Source: Candidatus Muiribacteriota bacterium (GTDB taxonomy: Bacteria > Muiribacteriota > Muiribacteriia > Muiribacteriales > Muiribacteriaceae). Taken from it: 33,421 nt of DNA. The stretch's first letter is position 1. Every line of letters begins with the position of its first letter. Position numbers and translations under genes: made by a program. Below are positions 29,982-33,421 of the stretch, piece by piece. The notes below the pieces were generated by a model. That model did not search any database and was not told the origin of the DNA. It saw only the letters and a list, made by a program, of their open reading frames with translations. Where the stretch lies: assembly GCA_051747805.1 (NCBI GenBank), contig JBNJGP010000024.1, positions 1-33,421 on the forward strand, in the 5' to 3' direction.

Positions 29982-30022
29982 GAAAAAATTTACTGCCCGA
30001 CAAAAAAGTCTGCCGGACAGTA
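29982..30022 (-). terminator. Probable terminator after rplL
   Basis: Minus-strand stem TACTGTCCGGCA/TGTCGGGCAGTA (with G-U pairs) followed by AATTTTTT. Confidence 0.65.
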
Positions 30023-30042
30023 TAGAAAAAATATTATAGAAA

Positions 30043-30417
30043 TTACTTAAGTTCGATTTTTCCACCAACGTCTTCAAGTTTTTTCTTAACTTCTTCAGCT
30101 TCTTCTTTTGTAACAGCTTCTTTTACTGTTTTTGGTGCAGTATCAACAACTTCTTTTGCCTCTTTAAGACCAAGACCAGTGATTTCTCTTAAAGTTTTGA
30201 TAACTTTAAGTTTTTTTGGTGCGTCAAATCCTGCAAGAACTACATCAAACTCGGTTTTTTCTTCTTCAGCCGGGCCAGCGCCAGCGCCAGGCATAGCTGC
30301 CATTGCAACAGGTGCTGCAGCAGAAACTCCAAATTTGTCTTCAGCTTCTTTTACAAGCTCAACTAAGTCTAAAACACTCATTTCTTCAATTGCCTTTAAA
30401 ATTTCTTCATTTTTCAT
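30043..30417 (-). CDS. rplL: 50S ribosomal protein L7/L12
   Basis: [27 protein letters not shown]. Confidence 0.98.
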   Translation of the reverse strand: MKNEEILKAIEEMSVLDLVELVKEAEDKFGVSAAAPVAMAAMPGAGAGPAEEEKTEFDVVLAGFDAPKKLKVIKTLREITGLGLKEAKEVVDTAPKTVKEAVTKEEAEEVKKKLEDVGGKIELK

Positions 30418-30435
30418 TACTTAATTCCTCCTGAT

Positions 30436-30969
30436 TTAATTATCTTCTTTTTCGTTTTTAATTGAATTTAAAACGTTTACAAAGTTTTTCAGCGGTCCCG
30501 CAAGAACATTTACAAATCCCTGAACTGGTGAATTCAAGGCTCTTATAAATCTAGTAACAAGCTCTTCTCTTGAAGGAATTTCCGCGAGAGTTTTAATTTC
30601 TTCTTCGGTTAAAACTCTACCTTCCATAACACTAGTTTTAATTTTTAAAAATTTCCTTGGCTTAGGCAGATCTTTTATAAATTCAGTTGCAACTTTAACT
30701 GGTGCAACCGGATCATCATAAGATATTGCTACCGCAGTAGGCCCTTTTAAAAATTCATCAACTTCAGGAAACTCAACAGAATTAATTGCTTTTTTCAGCA
30801 AAGTATTTTTTGCCACAAAATATTCAACATTGTTTTCTCTGAATTTTTTTCTAAGATCGGTAACTTCCTCAACATTGAGCCCTTTATAATCTGTAATCAT
30901 TACGTTTACTGATTTCTGGAGCTTTTCGCCTATTGATTTTACCTCTTTAACTTTTTCAGGTGTTGGCAC
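30436..30969 (-). CDS. rplJ: 50S ribosomal protein L10
   Basis: DYKGL.V...LR, V.KNTL, GPTA, LA.IPSREEL; GTG start with AGGAGG. Confidence 0.97.
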   Translation of the reverse strand: MPTPEKVKEVKSIGEKLQKSVNVMITDYKGLNVEEVTDLRKKFRENNVEYFVAKNTLLKKAINSVEFPEVDEFLKGPTAVAISYDDPVAPVKVATEFIKDLPKPRKFLKIKTSVMEGRVLTEEEIKTLAEIPSREELVTRFIRALNSPVQGFVNVLAGPLKNFVNVLNSIKNEKEDN

Positions 30970-30988
30970 TTTCTCACCTCCTTTAAAT

Positions 30989-31090
30989 AAAAAAACTTTC
31001 CGCCAGCCTCAGACGGAAAGTTTTATTAATCTATTCCTGTCTAGGCTGGTTTTAAATTTAAGACTTATGTCACCAGCTGTCTCTGACACA
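30989..31090 (-). promoter_or_regulatory. L10 leader (L10-L12 autoregulatory RNA) with attenuator
   Basis: AGACAGCTGGT...TTTAAAACCAGCCTAGAC fits the L10-leader pattern; downstream AAAACTTTCCG/CGGAAAGTTTT hairpin plus U-tract before the rplJ RBS. Confidence 0.8.
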
Positions 31091-31112
31091 ATTTAATTTT
31101 TAATTTCGTATA

Positions 31113-31823
31113 TTATACACCTTCTACAAATTTTCTGCAAGCAGAAATATCAAGTTTTATTCCCGGGTTCATACTTGGAGCAATTGCAACAGATTTCACA
31201 TATTGACCCTTGGCTGCAGAAGGTCTCACTTTCAATAATGTAGAAAACATTTTCTTGAAATTTTGAGCAATTTTTTCATTATCAAAACTTTCTTTACCTA
31301 TAATTGTGTGCACAATGGCATTTTTATCAAGTCTATATTCCAGTCTTCCTGCTTTAATTTCCTTAATAGCAGAAGCCGGATCTGGAGTAACTGTTCCGTT
31401 TTTTGGACTAGGCATCATTCCTCTTGGACCAAGGATTTTTCCCAGTCGACCTACAACCTTCATCATATCTGGAGTAGCAACAACAGCATCAAACTCAAGC
31501 CAGCCCTTCTGAATTTTTGCGGCCAATTCCTGATTACCTATAATATCAGCACCAGCTTCCTGAGCCTCTTTTTCCTTGTCAGCAGCAACAAAAGCAACAA
31601 CTTTTTTTGTTTTACCTGTTCCATGAGGAAGCATTAAAGTTCCTCTAATCTGCTGATCTGCTTTTCTTGGATCAAGACCAAGAATACAATGAAATTCAAT
31701 GGTCTGATCAAATTTTGTCTGAGGAAATTTTTTAATCAGTTCTATAGCTTCCTGAACCGAATAATTTTTTTCCCTATCAACAAGCTTTAAAGCTTCTTGA
31801 TATCTTTTACTTCTTTTTTTCAT
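31113..31823 (-). CDS. rplA: 50S ribosomal protein L1
   Basis: KFDQTIE, LG.DPRKADQQ.RG, LPHGTGK, LGPRG.MP.PK.GTV. Confidence 0.98.
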   Translation of the reverse strand: MKKRSKRYQEALKLVDREKNYSVQEAIELIKKFPQTKFDQTIEFHCILGLDPRKADQQIRGTLMLPHGTGKTKKVVAFVAADKEKEAQEAGADIIGNQELAAKIQKGWLEFDAVVATPDMMKVVGRLGKILGPRGMMPSPKNGTVTPDPASAIKEIKAGRLEYRLDKNAIVHTIIGKESFDNEKIAQNFKKMFSTLLKVRPSAAKGQYVKSVAIAPSMNPGIKLDISACRKFVEGV

Positions 31824-31835
31824 TTTTTCTCCTTC

Positions 31836-31867
31836 CGGTGCAAGCGAAACTTAAAAAGTCTCTCCCG
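31836..31867 (-). promoter_or_regulatory. Putative L1-binding mRNA element upstream of rplA
   Basis: CGG-GA-GAGACTT/AAGTTTC-GCTTGCA-CCG: GGGAG-containing asymmetric internal loop abutting the AGGAG RBS. Confidence 0.6.
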
Positions 31868-31876
31868 TAAAAATTT

Positions 31877-32299
31877 TTAAACTACTTCAATGCCCATGTT
31901 TTTAGCTGTTCCAGCAACAATTTTCATCGCTGCCTCAACAGTGTTTGCATTTAAATCAGGCATTTTAATTTTTGCAATTTCTTCCAGCTGTTTTTTTGTA
32001 ACCTTGCCAACTTTTTCAGTTAGTGGATTACCAGCACCTTTAGGAACTTTCGCAGCTTTTTTTAACAAATCAGATGCAGGCGGTGTTTTCATAATAAAAC
32101 TAAAAGTTCTATCTTTATAAACAGTAATAACAACCGGAACTATTGAGCCTGCCTTCTTCTGGGTTTTAGAGTTAAACTCTTTACAAAAACCCATAATATT
32201 AACGCCATGCTGACCTAAAGCAGGTCCAATCGGCGGAGCAGGATTAGCTTTTCCAGCTGGTATCTGCAGCTTGATTTGAGCCATTATTTTTTTAGCCAT
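31877..32299 (-). CDS. rplK: 50S ribosomal protein L11
   Basis: [37 protein letters not shown]. Confidence 0.98.
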   Translation of the reverse strand: MAKKIMAQIKLQIPAGKANPAPPIGPALGQHGVNIMGFCKEFNSKTQKKAGSIVPVVITVYKDRTFSFIMKTPPASDLLKKAAKVPKGAGNPLTEKVGKVTKKQLEEIAKIKMPDLNANTVEAAMKIVAGTAKNMGIEVV

Positions 32300-32314
32300 T
32301 TTTCCTCCTTACTA

Positions 32315-32845
32315 TTACGCTTCTTCTACCTGATTAAATCCAAGTTCAACCAGTGTTTCACGCCCAAATATTTTAAGCTTTACTTTAACAACCTGTTTTT
32401 CCATATTTATATCATTAATTTCACCAATAAAGTCTTCAAAAGGTCCATCAGTAATTTTAGCCTTATCACCAACTGAAAGCTCAAAGTCAACTTTCTTTGT
32501 TTTAACACCATGACCAATCTGTTCAAAAATATTCTGAACCTCTTTATCACTTATAGGAGTTGGCTTATTACCAATTCCAATAAAACCGGTTACCCCCGGC
32601 GTATTCCTTACAACAAACCAGGAATCATCAGTAACAATCATTTCTACCATGACATACCCAGGATATATTCTCTTTTCTACTTCTTTTCTTTTTTTATTTT
32701 TATATTCATAAACCTTTTTTTTCGGAATGATTATATCATGAATAAAATCACCCATCTGCATTTTTTCAATTCTCTGTTCAAGATTTAATTTTACTTTATC
32801 TTCCTGCCCTGCATAAGTGTGCACGACATACCATTTCTTTTCCAT
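32315..32845 (-). CDS. nusG: Transcription factor NusG
   Basis: WYVVHTY.G.E, PGYV.V.M, VRNTPGVTGF, KOW GPF..F.G, IFGRET.VEL. Confidence 0.98.
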   Translation of the reverse strand: MEKKWYVVHTYAGQEDKVKLNLEQRIEKMQMGDFIHDIIIPKKKVYEYKNKKRKEVEKRIYPGYVMVEMIVTDDSWFVVRNTPGVTGFIGIGNKPTPISDKEVQNIFEQIGHGVKTKKVDFELSVGDKAKITDGPFEDFIGEINDINMEKQVVKVKLKIFGRETLVELGFNQVEEA

Positions 32846-32858
32846 ACAGGCTCCTTAC

Positions 32859-33041
32859 TTACATTATTATCAGATTAATCAGATAATTAAAAATCGAATC
32901 TACCACAAATATATATAAACCAGCTATTACAGATAAAGTAATCACAATATTTGTAGAAATCATTATATCCTTTTTAGAAGGCCATGATACCTTCTTCAAT
33001 TCCGCCATGACTTCTGATAAAAACTTCTTAATCTTTTTCAT
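32859..33041 (-). CDS. secE: Preprotein translocase SecE (60 aa; true start 33041, not 33098)
   Basis: ELKKVSWP motif plus one TM; the longer ORF would start inside tRNA-Trp. Confidence 0.93.
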   Translation of the reverse strand: MKKIKKFLSEVMAELKKVSWPSKKDIMISTNIVITLSVIAGLYIFVVDSIFNYLINLIIM

Positions 33042-33068
33042 AACTATAAAAACTCCCGGTATCAAATA

Positions 33069-33145
33069 TGGCGGGGTAGGGAGGACTCGAACCCCCAACT
33101 TTCGGTTTTGGAGACCGACGCTCTACCAGTTCGAGCTACTACCCC
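33069..33145 (-). tRNA. tRNA-Trp (CCA), 77 nt with encoded 3' CCA
   Basis: Acceptor GGGGTAG/CTACCCC, D arm TAGCTCGAACTGGTAGAGC, anticodon arm TCGGT-CTCCAAA-ACCGA, T loop TTCGAGT. Confidence 0.97.
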
Positions 33146-33162
33146 CGCCTTAAATGTTTTTA

Positions 33163-33312
33163 TTACTTTGTTTCTTTGTGTACTGTGTGTTTTCTATCAT
33201 GAGGACAGTATTTTTTAAACTCAACTCTGCCCTGATGAAGCCTCTTATTCTTTTTAGTACTGTAGTTTCTGTTTTTGCATTCTGTACATTCAAGTGTAAT
33301 TATTTCTCGCAT
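33163..33312 (-). CDS. rpmG: 50S ribosomal protein L33 (49 aa, absent from the ORF track)
   Basis: Manual translation [49 protein letters not shown]. Confidence 0.97.
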   Translation of the reverse strand: MREIITLECTECKNRNYSTKKNKRLHQGRVEFKKYCPHDRKHTVHKETK

Positions 33313-33324
33313 TTTATTCCTCTC

Positions 33325-33421
33325 TTAGTCAAGTATTTCTGTAACAACACCAGCACCAACAGTTCTTCCGCCTTCTCTGATTGCGAATCTTAGTTCTTTT
33401 TCCATTGCTATTGGTGTAATA
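33325..33421 (-). CDS. tuf: Elongation factor Tu, 3' end only (gene runs off window)
   Basis: Manual translation ...[31 protein letters not shown]. Confidence 0.97.
   Translation of the reverse strand, partial: ITPIAMEKELRFAIREGGRTVGAGVVTEILD

Noticed and set aside
33042..33098. N-terminal extension of SecE given by the ORF track
   Set aside because: It begins inside tRNA-Trp; ATG 33041 has a GGAG RBS
583..33393. Antisense and alternate-frame ORFs in the track (e.g. 583-939, 6963-7355, 24478-24846, 31263-31637, 33154-33393)
   Set aside because: All overlap well-supported genes, lack recognisable motifs and look like shadow ORFs

Overview
AT-rich bacterial chromosome segment, mostly on the minus strand. 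The right half is the conserved tuf(3' end)-rpmG-tRNA-Trp-secE-nusG-rplK-rplA-rplJ-rplL-rpoB-rpoC cluster. Its RNA polymerase is greatly enlarged: beta' is 2242 aa with a ~960-aa trigger-loop insertion, and beta is ~1513 aa with a Cys-rich insert and other inserts. Next come a B12-dependent methylmalonyl-CoA mutase operon (B12-binding subunit, meaB, epimerase, large subunit) and an oppositely oriented truA-rplM-rpsI unit. A tightly packed 13-gene minus-strand run follows. Eight uncharacterised genes (DUF6754-like protein, four more membrane proteins, a small helical protein, a GlmL/MutL-like ASKHA ATPase and a barrel-sandwich/swivel/KOW-like protein) run directly into ribD-ribE-ribBA-ribH-bioY. 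The left end has a small Cys-rich protein, an orphan cheW, two minor-pilin-like genes and GTCAC-tagged hairpin repeats. The best candidates for something undescribed are the 8-gene membrane/ATPase module and the giant mosaic beta' insertion. All family assignments come from motif recognition by eye; no searches were run.
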